DNA from: Candidatus Aenigmatarchaeota archaeon
GTDB taxonomy: Archaea > Aenigmatarchaeota > Aenigmatarchaeia > QMZP01 > JAFGSV01
Reading direction: 5' to 3'
DNA: 64,000 bases
NCBI GenBank assembly: GCA_021163005.1
Contig: JAGGXP010000020.1
Location: forward strand, 164 to 64,163
Shown here: positions 7,759 to 17,753 of the stretch, piece by piece
How positions within the stretch are numbered: position 1 is the stretch's first letter
Layout: the number at the start of each line of letters is the position of its first letter
Notes under the pieces: generated by a model
What the model saw: only the letters and a program-made list of their open reading frames with translations
The model's database searches: none
What the model was told of the DNA's origin: nothing
Made by a program: the position numbers and the translations under genes

Positions 7759-8790
7759 ATGTTTGATAAGCTCAAAAAACTTGTGGATGCGGATTCCATA
7801 AGCGGTTATGAAGAAAGCATACAGGATGTTCTCACGCAGATGCTGAAAAAGCATGTGGATGAAATAAGAATCGACAAAATGGGGAATGTCATAGCCAGAA
7901 AGGGCAAAGGCTCGCCGGTCATCATGTTTGCTGCGCATATGGATGAAATAGGGCTGATTGTGAAGTATATTGACAAGGAAGGGTTCATATTTTTTGACAA
8001 GATAGGGGGCTGGGATGAAAGGATACTACCTACAAAAAAGGTTCTTGTTCATGGCTCAAAGGGACCTGTTCCAGGAGTTATTGGTTCGAAGCCGCCTCAT
8101 ATACAGGACAAGGACGAATCCAAAAAGCCTGTAAAGCTGAAAGACATGTTCATAGACATCGGGGCAAAAAATGAAGATGACGTGAAAAAGGCAGGCATAT
8201 CTGTCGGAGACTTCATAACAAGACAGGGAAGTGTTGACAGGCTGCTGGGAGAAAGGGTCACAGGGCGTGGTTTTGACAACAGGGTCGGATGCCTTGTAAT
8301 GACTGAAATAGCAAAAAGGTCTGATAAATTCAAGGGCACTGCCTATTTTGTCGGAACAGTGAAAGAGGAAATAGGTCTCATAGGAGTCAGGGGCTCTGCT
8401 TTCAGTATCAATCCTGATGTGCTTGTAGCCCTTGACACAAGCATTGCGGGTGATGTCCCTGGCATAAGCAAGCCGGAGGTTCCGCTGACAATATACGACG
8501 GTCCCGCACTTGACATAAAGGATGCCATGAGCATAATACATCCAAAAGTCAAGAAATGGGTAAAGGAGACCGCCGAGAAGAACAAGATAAAGCTTCAGTT
8601 TGATGTGATGTCCGGTGGCGCTACTGATGCCTCGGTGACGCCCACAATAAGAGAAGGCATACCATCAGGTGCTCTTAATGTTCCTGTGAGGTATATTCAC
8701 ACACCGATTGAAGTGGCTGACATGAAAACTGTTGAAAATGCTGTAAAGCTTGGTGTGAAAATGCTTGAAAGTGCCCACAAATATTTCTGA
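7759..8790 (+). CDS. M42-family (TET/FrvX-like) aminopeptidase
   Basis: FAAHMDEIGLIV and the GFDNRVGC motif. SD-like AAGGTGA precedes the ATG. Confidence 0.8.
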   Translation: MFDKLKKLVDADSISGYEESIQDVLTQMLKKHVDEIRIDKMGNVIARKGKGSPVIMFAAHMDEIGLIVKYIDKEGFIFFDKIGGWDERILPTKKVLVHGSKGPVPGVIGSKPPHIQDKDESKKPVKLKDMFIDIGAKNEDDVKKAGISVGDFITRQGSVDRLLGERVTGRGFDNRVGCLVMTEIAKRSDKFKGTAYFVGTVKEEIGLIGVRGSAFSINPDVLVALDTSIAGDVPGISKPEVPLTIYDGPALDIKDAMSIIHPKVKKWVKETAEKNKIKLQFDVMSGGATDASVTPTIREGIPSGALNVPVRYIHTPIEVADMKTVENAVKLGVKMLESAHKYF

Positions 8791-8833
8791 GTATCTGTGT
8801 TAACGTTCTGTGAAACAAATGTGAAATACATTG

Positions 8834-9220
8834 TCATGGTGTCGGTTTTATTTCAGGCCTTCCGGGAACAATCTGTAGCAGTCCCCTGTGAATTTCAACA
8901 GGTCCTGTGACAGTTATTTTTCTGTTTAATGACAACACGGATGAGACATTCATTTTCTGTTCAAGCGCCCTTCTTACACTGTCCCATAACACAACATCAA
9001 TTTCACATCCGCTGTCAGATAGCGTGAAGAATATGTTACCATTGCTCTCCGAAACTGCTGAAACAGTACCTGAAACAGTCACTGTCTTTCCCATGTGCTC
9101 AGTGCTCAAATCACATACAGAAACATCTTCGGATACGGCAGCAAGCACAAAAATGTAAAGCGCTGCGAGGCTCAGAATGCTCCCTGCGATGCAGAAGATT
9201 TTCAGCTGGCGCTCCTTCAT
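8834..9220 (-). CDS. hypothetical membrane-anchored protein with OB-fold-like C-terminal domain
   Basis: TM helix followed by a beta-rich domain. The start is uncertain; the ORF track extends to 9286. Confidence 0.35.
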   Translation of the reverse strand: MKERQLKIFCIAGSILSLAALYIFVLAAVSEDVSVCDLSTEHMGKTVTVSGTVSAVSESNGNIFFTLSDSGCEIDVVLWDSVRRALEQKMNVSSVLSLNRKITVTGPVEIHRGLLQIVPGRPEIKPTP

Positions 9221-9274
9221 CGTTAGCTTTTGTCTGGAAAAGTTTATAAAACCTATCGACAAATATGTGAAACT

Positions 9275-10357
9275 ATGAATCAACATGTATTCGGAAATGA
9301 AAAATACGTGAAGTTGTTCGGATGGGAAGGCAATCCATTCGTATTCAAGATACTGCCTGACCTTTTTGTGGGTTATGAAGATGAAATGAAATCGATGATA
9401 GAAAAGATATCGGGCGGTTGCAAGTTTTCAGTCATTCTGGGGCCTACGGGCTCAGGAAAAACCACCATGATGAAGAACCTGATAACAAAAATTGCCGGCT
9501 ACGGAAGGGTGTTCTATGTCCCAAAGCCGCCCAACAGCCCGGATGGCTGGAAAAAGATTTTTACGGAAATAGTCAGACCCGGTATTTTCAGAAGGCTGTT
9601 CATGAAGCCCAATATTGACAACATAACCATTTATGAAGTTGGTGAATGGGTAAACAAGAGGTCCAAAAACAAGAGGCTTCTTCTGCTTGTTGATGAATGT
9701 CACGAATCGACTAGGGAATCACTCGAATGGCTGAGGACACTTACGGATCAGATAGACAACCTCTCTCTTGTGCTTGCAGGGCTTCCTGTGTTTGAGAAGA
9801 GGCTCATGGAAGAGCTGGAGACATTCAGGAGGAGGATAGAGAACAAGCTGGAACTCACCAATCTCAGCTCGGCTGAAACACGAGAACTGATAAAAAAGAG
9901 GATAGAATGGGTTGGCGGTGAAGATGTGAAGCCTTTCACATCAAACAGCATCCAGTACATTTATGAAAAGACGAACGGATTCCCCCGAGAGGTCCTGAGG
10001 ATATGCAGCGAACTCATACAGAACGCCATTGAGAATAACATAACCACAATAGACACAGACTTCCTTAAAGAATCTTCACACAGCCACAAGAGGGAAACCA
10101 TGGAAATGATACAGGAGCTTCCGTACAGGCAGAAGAGCATACTTGAAATACTTTCAAAAGGCGGTGAAATGACGCCCTCGCAGATAGTCGAGGAGATGGA
10201 CCCGAAGGATTACACGGACACAGGAAATGCTGTGAGGTCTGTCAACAACATACTCAGAAGGCTGCTGAAAGACAAGATTGTCGTAAGGGAAAGACGCGGC
10301 AAGGCGTATAGGTATAAGATATCCCCAAAGTTCCAGACAATGTTCGTGAATGCATAA
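9275..10357 (+). CDS. AAA+ ATPase (ExeA/TniB/ORC-like P-loop NTPase with C-terminal wHTH)
   Basis: Walker A GPTGSGKTT and Walker B LLLLVDECHE. A C-terminal KGGEMTPSQIVEEM.. winged-helix-like segment. The ORF-track start is TTG at 9230; the first in-frame ATG is at 9275. Confidence 0.55.
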   Translation: MNQHVFGNEKYVKLFGWEGNPFVFKILPDLFVGYEDEMKSMIEKISGGCKFSVILGPTGSGKTTMMKNLITKIAGYGRVFYVPKPPNSPDGWKKIFTEIVRPGIFRRLFMKPNIDNITIYEVGEWVNKRSKNKRLLLLVDECHESTRESLEWLRTLTDQIDNLSLVLAGLPVFEKRLMEELETFRRRIENKLELTNLSSAETRELIKKRIEWVGGEDVKPFTSNSIQYIYEKTNGFPREVLRICSELIQNAIENNITTIDTDFLKESSHSHKRETMEMIQELPYRQKSILEILSKGGEMTPSQIVEEMDPKDYTDTGNAVRSVNNILRRLLKDKIVVRERRGKAYRYKISPKFQTMFVNA

Positions 10358-10402
10358 ATTTTTAAATAGTCTGTATCTATATTAAGCACAAGGGGTGTCA
10401 TC

Positions 10403-10663
10403 ATGGAAGAAAGAGTAAAAAGCAAGGAACTTGTCGGTAAGATTTTAATTTCTGAAGAATCCGGAAAAAAGTTTGGCGTAGTCGGTGACATCGACTACAT
10501 CATAGAATCAGGGGAACTCATAAACCTTGTGCTTGTTGAGCCGACTCAGCACATATCTGACCTGAACCTCAGGCAGGACGACAAAAACAGGATACTTGTT
10601 CCGTTCTCTGCAGTCAAGTCAGTCGGCGACTTCATCATAGTCAGCGAGCAGGACATTGTATAA
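10403..10663 (+). CDS. PRC-barrel domain protein
   Basis: 86 aa with a PRC-barrel-like pattern (..LVGKILISEESGKKFGVVGDIDY..). Confidence 0.5.
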   Translation: MEERVKSKELVGKILISEESGKKFGVVGDIDYIIESGELINLVLVEPTQHISDLNLRQDDKNRILVPFSAVKSVGDFIIVSEQDIV

Positions 10664-11147
10664 GATTATTGGCTGCCTCGATTCTGCAGCTTTCTGTTTT
10701 AAGTGAACTTATAGCAGAATGGATGTTGCCGCTTTCACCTGAGAGTATCTTCTTCATTACGTCCCCTGCATCAAAGATATCATAAACCCCTTCGTTCAGA
10801 AGCTTCTTTTTTATCCTGTTTATTACAGGAAGCGAACATCCATATGCAGTTACAGCAGCAGCCAAGGCATCCTTTTTGTGGCGCTCCCGTTCCGAAAGTC
10901 CGAATGACCTGACTATGCGTGATTTTGTGCGTTTCGAGAAATTTTCCTGCGGGGCGTAAACCTTTGCTGAAAACGCGGCAGCAACCTTTTCCACCAGCCG
11001 TGGAGCAGGAAATACATCGGACGCTATAACCAGTGGTGTGCATTCGGATGAAAGGAATTCCAGTATGCGCTCCAGGGAAAATCCCCTCTCGCTCCTCATG
11101 CCGACAATCCTGCCATTAAGGTCAAGAATAACAACTGCTGTCTTCAC
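10641..11147 (-). CDS. RNase H-fold (YqgF/DUF460-like) putative nuclease
   Basis: N-terminus MKTAVVILDLNGRIVGM resembles RuvC/YqgF-like resolvase folds. Weak assignment. Confidence 0.35.
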   Translation of the reverse strand: MKTAVVILDLNGRIVGMRSERGFSLERILEFLSSECTPLVIASDVFPAPRLVEKVAAAFSAKVYAPQENFSKRTKSRIVRSFGLSERERHKKDALAAAVTAYGCSLPVINRIKKKLLNEGVYDIFDAGDVMKKILSGESGNIHSAISSLKTESCRIEAANNLIQCPAR

Positions 11148-11225
11148 ACCAGGGTCTATGCCGACTATGGCGTTAACTCCCAGACAAACACCTTTTTATC
11201 ATTGGTTACACAGAATTAAATGCTT

Positions 11226-12002
11226 TCAGTGCTTCACATCAATAAATGCTTCTTCTTTTGGGTAAACCACGACACCGGTCTTTGTTATCTTGTATGGATG
11301 GAGGCTCTCTGAGTGACCGCTGCCCCTCATCTTCCAGACCTGTACAGCCCGCGTGAATGATGAATCGACCCTGCTGTAATAGAGCACGACAGCAGCGTCT
11401 GAAATGAATTCAGCCATACCTTCCCTTGAAAGTCCTGTGGATCCGACAGGTATCTCCGATATTATAAACGATGTGCATCCAAGTCTTTTCAGTGTATTCA
11501 TTATGTTGAACATCATTCTTCTGTAGTTCGTCTCTTCTCTTAGATAGAACTTGAGCGCCGAGATTGAGTCTATGACCACGCGTTTCGCCTTCATCTCCCT
11601 TATCTTGCCCTCCAGGTGGGTAGCAAGATCGTCAACATGGTACGGGTCGTATTTCACAAAGCTGAACTGGCCCGTGCTCTCCAGGTGGCCCATATCCATG
11701 CCGAATTTCAGATTGTTCTTCTTTATTGATTCCGGCGATTCTTCAAGTGACAGATACACCCCGGGTTCTTTGTATTTGACGACGCCTGTATAAAGGAACT
11801 GTGATGAAAGTATGGTCTTTCCAGTTCCGGCTGTTCCTGCTATCAGAACCGTGCTCCCGCGTGGTATGCCGCCGTTAAGTATGTCATCAAAACCCGGTAT
11901 GCCTGTGTTGACCCTGTCAGAAGCAACGGATGATGCTGGTTTATTTTTCAGGCTCACTACCTTTGTGATGTCGATTATGTTTGAATCTTTCATGGAAACC
12001 AT
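11226..12002 (-). CDS. KaiC/RecA-superfamily ATPase (ArlH/FlaH-like candidate)
   Basis: Walker A GTAGTGKT and the KaiC-domain layout. 258 aa. Confidence 0.6.
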   Translation of the reverse strand: MVSMKDSNIIDITKVVSLKNKPASSVASDRVNTGIPGFDDILNGGIPRGSTVLIAGTAGTGKTILSSQFLYTGVVKYKEPGVYLSLEESPESIKKNNLKFGMDMGHLESTGQFSFVKYDPYHVDDLATHLEGKIREMKAKRVVIDSISALKFYLREETNYRRMMFNIMNTLKRLGCTSFIISEIPVGSTGLSREGMAEFISDAAVVLYYSRVDSSFTRAVQVWKMRGSGHSESLHPYKITKTGVVVYPKEEAFIDVKH

Positions 12003-12062
12003 AATTAATTATGGGAGTGTTTAAATAAATGGGATACAAATCAGAAACGTGAAGGTGTGATT

Positions 12063-12473
12063 ATGAAATACAGGATAATAGATGACCTTACGTCAGATGT
12101 ACTTTTCAAGGCCCGGGGGAAGGATATGAAGGATGTTTTTGAAAATGCAGCACTGGCCATGTTCTCCGTGATATGCGAAGTTGAAAGGGTGAAACCGGAG
12201 AAAATGCTGGAGGTTGAGGTGCAGGCGGAAAGCGCTGACAGGCTCATGATAAACTGGCTTCAGGAGCTGATAGGACTTGTTGACACAGAATCAATGTTCT
12301 TTTCGAAGTTTGAGGTCACGGAAATAGGTGAAAAGCGTCTGAAGGCCAGAATATACGGCGAGGACATGACGCCGGAAAAGGGTGAAACAGTCGTCAAGGC
12401 CGTGACGTACTACAAATATAAATTCCAAAAGACTAAAGAAGGATACAGTGTGACAGTCAGCCTGGATATATAG
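12063..12473 (+). CDS. archease
   Basis: YRIIDDLTSDVLFKARGKDMKDVFENAALAM is typical of archease. It lies immediately upstream of rtcB. The ATG at 12063 is preceded by GAAGGTG. Confidence 0.8.
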   Translation: MKYRIIDDLTSDVLFKARGKDMKDVFENAALAMFSVICEVERVKPEKMLEVEVQAESADRLMINWLQELIGLVDTESMFFSKFEVTEIGEKRLKARIYGEDMTPEKGETVVKAVTYYKYKFQKTKEGYSVTVSLDI

Positions 12474-12481
12474 GAGATGTT

Positions 12482-13891
12482 ATGATGAAGGAAAAACTCG
12501 AAAGTGTCAATGAATTCGAATGGAGGTTGCCGAAAAGCGCCAGAAAGGAGATGAAGGTAGATGCGAGAATAATCGCCAACAGCAAAATAATGAATGCCAT
12601 AGAGGATGACGCTGTCCAGCAGCTCACCAATGTGGCATGCCTTCCGGGAGTGGTCGAACCTGTGATAGGGCTTCCGGACATGCACTGGGGTTACGGCCTT
12701 CCCATGGGAGCCGCTTCTGCATTCGACGCCAACGAGGGAATAATATCAGCCGGACTGTGTGGCTTTGACATAAACTGCGGCATAAACCTCATAAGAACCA
12801 ATCTTCCTTATGATGAAATCAAAAAGAAGCAGAAAGAGCTCGTCGAGGAGCTCTTCAGGGCAATACCCGTCGGCGTCGGCGCCAAGGGAAAGCTCAGGCT
12901 GACGAGGGACGAGCTTGAAGAGGTGCTTGTCAAGGGTATTGACTGGGCAGTTGAAAACGGCTATGCAACAAAGGACGACAAGAGGGCGACGGAAGAGAGC
13001 GGAAGGATGGATGGGGCTGACCCTTCAAAGGTCTCCGACCTCGCAAAGAAGAGGGGGCTGCCACAGCTTGGCACGCTCGGCGCGGGAAACCATTTCCTTG
13101 AAGTGCAGAGAGTGAGTGATGTCCTCGACAGCGAAACCGCGGATAAATGGGGTATAAGTGGTGAGAACCAGTCTCTCATAATGCTTCACTGCGGCTCAAG
13201 GGGCTTCGGCCATCAAATAGCAACAGACTACCTGAAGATACAGGAAGATGCTGTGAAAAAATACAGCATATGGCTGCCGGACAAGCAGCTTGCTTGTGCA
13301 CCAGTAAATTCCGACGAGGGTCAGGACTTCTTCGCAGCCATGCAAACCGCAGTCAACTATTCGTTCACCAACAGGGCTGTCATGACCAAATGGATAAGGG
13401 AAGTCTTTGAAAAGGTGTTCAGCCGCACATGGGAAGACATGGGCATGGATACCCTGTATGCCATAGCGCACAACATAGTCAAGCTTGAGGAATTCAAGAT
13501 TGACGGCAAGACGCGCAAGCTTTATGTTCACAGGAAGGGCGCAACAAGGTCGTATCCGGGCAAGCCTGTCATAATAGCCGGAAGTATGGGAACTAGTTCT
13601 TATCTTCTGCAGGGCACCGAAAACGCACTCAGGAAGACATTCGGCTCGTCAGCACACGGGGCCGGAAGGGCCATGAGCAGGCACAGCGCAATAAAGAAGT
13701 TCTGGGGCGGGAAGATAAAGGAGGAGCTTTCAGGCAAGGGGATTGAAGCAAGGAGTCCGAATCCGAAAAGCCTTGCAGAGGAGGCCCCGCTCGCCTACAA
13801 GGACGTGGAAGCTGTGGTTGATTCAGTGCACGGGGCCGATGTAAGCACGAAAGTGGCGAGGCTGGTGCCTGTATGCGTGGTCAAGGGATAG
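12482..13891 (+). CDS. rtcB: RtcB RNA-splicing ligase
   Basis: Motifs DINCGINL, HCGSRGFGHQ, HNIVKLE and SSAHGAGR. 469 aa. Confidence 0.9.
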   Translation: MMKEKLESVNEFEWRLPKSARKEMKVDARIIANSKIMNAIEDDAVQQLTNVACLPGVVEPVIGLPDMHWGYGLPMGAASAFDANEGIISAGLCGFDINCGINLIRTNLPYDEIKKKQKELVEELFRAIPVGVGAKGKLRLTRDELEEVLVKGIDWAVENGYATKDDKRATEESGRMDGADPSKVSDLAKKRGLPQLGTLGAGNHFLEVQRVSDVLDSETADKWGISGENQSLIMLHCGSRGFGHQIATDYLKIQEDAVKKYSIWLPDKQLACAPVNSDEGQDFFAAMQTAVNYSFTNRAVMTKWIREVFEKVFSRTWEDMGMDTLYAIAHNIVKLEEFKIDGKTRKLYVHRKGATRSYPGKPVIIAGSMGTSSYLLQGTENALRKTFGSSAHGAGRAMSRHSAIKKFWGGKIKEELSGKGIEARSPNPKSLAEEAPLAYKDVEAVVDSVHGADVSTKVARLVPVCVVKG

Positions 13892-13915
13892 ACCGAAAGA
13901 AATAAAGATATACAC

Positions 13916-13926
13916 TTATAATAAAT
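13916..13926 (+). promoter_or_regulatory. TATA-box-like CTTATAATAAA about 30 nt upstream of rps26e
   Basis: AT-rich octamer at the archaeal promoter distance. Confidence 0.3.
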
Positions 13927-13955
13927 GAGAATCAACATTTTAAGAGGTGAAATCA

Positions 13956-14222
13956 ATGCCGGTTAACAAAGGATACAGCAGGGGATGGAAGCATGGAAAG
14001 GAAAGGGGCAAGGAGACACTCGTGACGTGTGCATTTTGCGGCAGGAAGGTCCCGAAGTACAAGACATTCTCTGTTGTGCGTGGCTTCAGGATAACAGACC
14101 CCATGCTGAAGGAAGAACTTGGCAGGAAAGGCGGAAGGGGCGTATCGCTTATGAGCAACAAGATGTATGCCTGCCCTGGATGCGCCAGACACAGGCACAT
14201 AGTAAGAAGAAAGAAAAGGTAA
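13956..14222 (+). CDS. rps26e: 30S ribosomal protein S26e
   Basis: C-x2-C..VPKYK(T)F..C-x2-C pattern with a basic N-terminus and a RRKKR tail. SD AGGTGA lies 7 nt upstream of the ATG at 13956. Confidence 0.7.
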   Translation: MPVNKGYSRGWKHGKERGKETLVTCAFCGRKVPKYKTFSVVRGFRITDPMLKEELGRKGGRGVSLMSNKMYACPGCARHRHIVRRKKR

Positions 14223-14226
14223 ACGC

Positions 14227-15915
14227 ATGAAATTGTGGAGACTGGATTTCCTTAAGGGACTCGGGGAGCTTCTCAGGAAAGAAAAGGCAGCAGCCCATCC
14301 CAATTTCTATATCAGGGAGCCGGCATATTTGTTCAGCCTGCCTGTATCAAAGGACGTCAGGAAAGTTGATATAAGATATCCGCTTCTCGAACCGCTTGCA
14401 TCGGCCCACATAAAGTGGGACCCTGTAAAGAAGACGCTCATTTACCATGTTTCTGAACCGAAGCTCTCGAAGGCCGACAGGGAACTCATAGAGAAAGTCA
14501 AGACTGACATAACAGAGCTCATAGACGTCGAGCTGACAGCACTGAATGACAAGGGAAAGACGCTCGACTATATACAGGAAAAAGTAAGCAAGGTGCTTGA
14601 GGAAGAAAACATCAGGCCTGATTCGAAGAGCTACATAAAACTCATGTATTACATCTACCGGGATTTTGTGGGCCTCAATGAGATAGAGCCGCTGATGCAC
14701 GACCCTTACATAGAGGACATAGGCTGCGACGGCTTAAACAGCCCCATTTACGTTGTTCACAAAATCTTCGGCTCTGTTGAAACAAACATAAGATACACCA
14801 ACATGGATAATCTGAACAACTTTGTTGTAAAGCTTGCCGAGAGATGCGGCCGGTACATATCATATGCAAGACCGCTGCTTGACGGCTCGCTGCCTGACGG
14901 CTCAAGGATACAGGCGTCGCTTGCAAAGGACGTTACAACAAGAGGTCCTACGTTCTCAATAAGAAGGTTCAGGAAATTCCCGCTGTCGCCTGTGGAACTC
15001 ATGAATCTTGGAACGGCTGATTCTGATGTCATGTCGTATCTCTGGCTTGTCATGCAGTCGGGTGTCTCTATGCTGGCATGCGGCGGTGTGAGCACGGGAA
15101 AGACCAGCCTCCTCAATGCAATAACTCTTTTCATCCCCCCTGGCTCAAAAATTGTTTCAATTGAGGATACACGCGAGCTCAACCTGCCGCATGAAAACTG
15201 GATACCATCTGTTTCAAGAACAGGCTTCGGCGTCCCTGACTCCACGGGAAAAAGATACGGAGAGGTAACACTTTTCGAGATTCTGAAGGAGTCATTCAGG
15301 CAGAACCCCGATTATGTGATAGTAGGCGAGGTAAGGGGCAAGGAGGCATATGTAATGTTCCAGGGCATGGCTTCCGGACACCCGAGCATAGGGACAATAC
15401 ACGCCGGATCTGTCGATGATGTTATCAAAAGACTGGAGACTCCACCAATATCCATATCGCCCAGCCTCGTGGAATCACTTGACCTGCTCATAGTAATGGT
15501 AAAGTCAAAAGAGCGAGGCGAGTCCGCGCGAAGGATCAAGGAAGTGGTAGAGATACAATCTGTGGACATCGAGACAGGCAAGGCAAAGACGCTTAAAAGT
15601 TTTATGTGGGACCCTGCGACTGACAAGTTTCAGAGCAATATCACGGAATCCGAGCTTCTAAGAAAGATATCCTTTGACAAGGGACTCACATACCAGAAAA
15701 TAACAGAGGAGCTCAAGAACAGAAAAAGGGTGCTCGAATGGATGCAGCGCCACGGCGTGACCAACTACGGAAGCGTTGCAGAGTTCATTTACATGTACTA
15801 CAAGGACCCGAAGGTTCTCATGAAATGGGTGGAGAAGGACGTGCACCCCTTTGAGGCAAAAAGCAAGTCAAAGAAACTGCGGGGGTTCGTGACAAAACTA
15901 AAATCTCTTGAATGA
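14227..15915 (+). CDS. type IV filament (archaellum/pilus) secretion ATPase, FlaI/ArlI/PilB-like
   Basis: Walker A GGVSTGKTS followed by IVSIEDTRELNL, and the VirB11/GspE-family layout. 562 aa. Confidence 0.85.
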   Translation: MKLWRLDFLKGLGELLRKEKAAAHPNFYIREPAYLFSLPVSKDVRKVDIRYPLLEPLASAHIKWDPVKKTLIYHVSEPKLSKADRELIEKVKTDITELIDVELTALNDKGKTLDYIQEKVSKVLEEENIRPDSKSYIKLMYYIYRDFVGLNEIEPLMHDPYIEDIGCDGLNSPIYVVHKIFGSVETNIRYTNMDNLNNFVVKLAERCGRYISYARPLLDGSLPDGSRIQASLAKDVTTRGPTFSIRRFRKFPLSPVELMNLGTADSDVMSYLWLVMQSGVSMLACGGVSTGKTSLLNAITLFIPPGSKIVSIEDTRELNLPHENWIPSVSRTGFGVPDSTGKRYGEVTLFEILKESFRQNPDYVIVGEVRGKEAYVMFQGMASGHPSIGTIHAGSVDDVIKRLETPPISISPSLVESLDLLIVMVKSKERGESARRIKEVVEIQSVDIETGKAKTLKSFMWDPATDKFQSNITESELLRKISFDKGLTYQKITEELKNRKRVLEWMQRHGVTNYGSVAEFIYMYYKDPKVLMKWVEKDVHPFEAKSKSKKLRGFVTKLKSLE

Positions 15916-15918
15916 AAC

Positions 15919-16368
15919 TCAAATGCCTGTTATGTCATAAGCCCTTATGAGGTCGTAAGCACCCTGACATTCAACTGACCTTATTTCCATGAAATCAATA
16001 TCATGGGCATTCGTAATGCTTATGTTGTCAAGTATATAGGTCTCGAATGAGTTCGCATCAAGTGTGCCTTTGACATCCCAAGTTTGCGGCATGGGCGGAC
16101 CGTTGTCGTCGTATGTGAGCTGCGCCTGGAAGTCCCTCAGAGGGACAGTTCCCGCATTGTAGAGCATTATGCTCATGTTCTCGGTGGCGCTGTCATAAAC
16201 AGCCTTCTTGATAACCAGATTGGCACGAACGCATTTCTCAAGCATGCTTCTTTGCTCAGTTGCGAAGCGCGTCGCCCATCCTGCCAGAATACCAGCAACA
16301 ATCATCGTGAACGCTATAAGCATTATAACTGCAACGAGAGGTGAGATACCTTTTTGTTTTCTTGTCAT
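15919..16368 (-). CDS. pilin/flagellin-like protein with class III signal peptide
   Basis: N-terminus MTRKQKGISPLVAVIMLIAFTMIVAGILA. Confidence 0.7.
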   Translation of the reverse strand: MTRKQKGISPLVAVIMLIAFTMIVAGILAGWATRFATEQRSMLEKCVRANLVIKKAVYDSATENMSIMLYNAGTVPLRDFQAQLTYDDNGPPMPQTWDVKGTLDANSFETYILDNISITNAHDIDFMEIRSVECQGAYDLIRAYDITGI

Positions 16369-16402
16369 TTCTTCCCCATTTACTTATTGAACAAAGTTCC
16401 TT

Positions 16403-16855
16403 TTAAATATTTACAACTTTTATAGGTTCCGGTGAATACTCTGGGCATGATTCCGATATTACTGTCACTGTGCTTATCTCTGTTATGTTTGTGCTCGTTA
16501 TGTTTTGGTCTGTGAAATTTGTCTTTATGAGCTGCGTCCTGCCGGGCTGCAGCACGTAGCTGTCATCAGGCGATGTGGCCGTAAGTGCATCATAAACTGT
16601 TCCGTTGTAAACCTCGAACGTGAAATTTGAGATGCCGCTTTGGCCTGTGTTCTTAAGCTTCACTGCCAGATATCCGCTGCTTTCATTCACCTGCGCCTCT
16701 GATATTACATACATGGTTGTAAGTGCGCATGTGCTCTGCTGCGAATTCTGGTGTATGAAGGAGCTCAGCCATGAAGAAACAAGGCCGCCCAGCATGACGG
16801 CAATGCCTATGAGCAGAACAACCGCCACGACCGGTGATATGCCTTTTTTCGTCAT
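16403..16855 (-). CDS. pilin/flagellin-like protein with class III signal peptide
   Basis: N-terminus MTKKGISPVVAVVLLIGIAVMLGGLV. It is a paralog of the adjacent gene. Confidence 0.7.
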   Translation of the reverse strand: MTKKGISPVVAVVLLIGIAVMLGGLVSSWLSSFIHQNSQQSTCALTTMYVISEAQVNESSGYLAVKLKNTGQSGISNFTFEVYNGTVYDALTATSPDDSYVLQPGRTQLIKTNFTDQNITSTNITEISTVTVISESCPEYSPEPIKVVNI

Positions 16856-16889
16856 GTTATAAACTTTGGCATTTCTGCTTAAATATCGC

Positions 16890-17753
16890 TCAGAAGAAGC
16901 TGAACTGGACGTGTGATGCTATGGAGAATATGCTGTATCCTATGACTATAAGAACTATGGAATGCTTTATGCCGGCTATCACGGAACCTTCGGCCATCTT
17001 GCCTGTGGCGAGACCGGCGAAGAATCCCTGAATTATTATGAAGTTGATGAAAAGCTCAGGCGGGAACATCTCAGGGACTGCGCCGCCCGTCATGGTCGGC
17101 AGGCCCGTGACACCTGTCTGTGGCGTAAGAGCAGGTATAAGGAAGCTCTGCAGTATGACAAGTATGAAAATGAAAACGAAGTATATCAGATAGGACGTGA
17201 GTATCTGCGACTGAACCGATACGGACCTCTCGGCCTTTATCTTGTTTATCTCCATCAGGCTCTCGCCGACGGCTCTGAGTGTGTCCGATATCTTTCCTCC
17301 GACCTTGTATGTCTCTATTATGGTCGTTATGGCCCTTCTGACAGGAAGCGAGTCAACACTCTCGGAAAACATCCTTAAAGCGTCCCTGAAAGGGACACCC
17401 CAGTCCACCTGTGAAGAAAGTTTATTTATGTTCTGCGTGAGAAAACCGTAGTCTTTTCTGGAGCAGTATTTGAGCGCCATGGGCAAGGTCATGCCGGAAT
17501 CGATGGTCTCTGTGAAGTCTGATATGAATATGCTGAACTCCTTTTCAACCTCCTTGTTGAGCGTGTAGTGATTGTAAAATACAAGAACAGGAGGGACTAT
17601 TGCTATCAGAGCGCCGAGCAGGTTTATCATCGGTCCGACAAGACTGAAAATCTCTTCCGGCAGCAGAGACGGCAGAAGTAATATGTTAACGGCTATTATA
17701 AGCGACCCTGCCAAGACGCTTATCATCTCTACTACATATTTCTTCAGTTCCAT
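16890..17753 (-). CDS. FlaJ/TadC-like polytopic membrane platform protein (C-terminal half)
   Basis: T2SS-F-like TM layout. The ATG follows the TAG of the upstream half directly, in the same frame. Confidence 0.6.
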   Translation of the reverse strand: MELKKYVVEMISVLAGSLIIAVNILLLPSLLPEEIFSLVGPMINLLGALIAIVPPVLVFYNHYTLNKEVEKEFSIFISDFTETIDSGMTLPMALKYCSRKDYGFLTQNINKLSSQVDWGVPFRDALRMFSESVDSLPVRRAITTIIETYKVGGKISDTLRAVGESLMEINKIKAERSVSVQSQILTSYLIYFVFIFILVILQSFLIPALTPQTGVTGLPTMTGGAVPEMFPPELFINFIIIQGFFAGLATGKMAEGSVIAGIKHSIVLIVIGYSIFSIASHVQFSFF

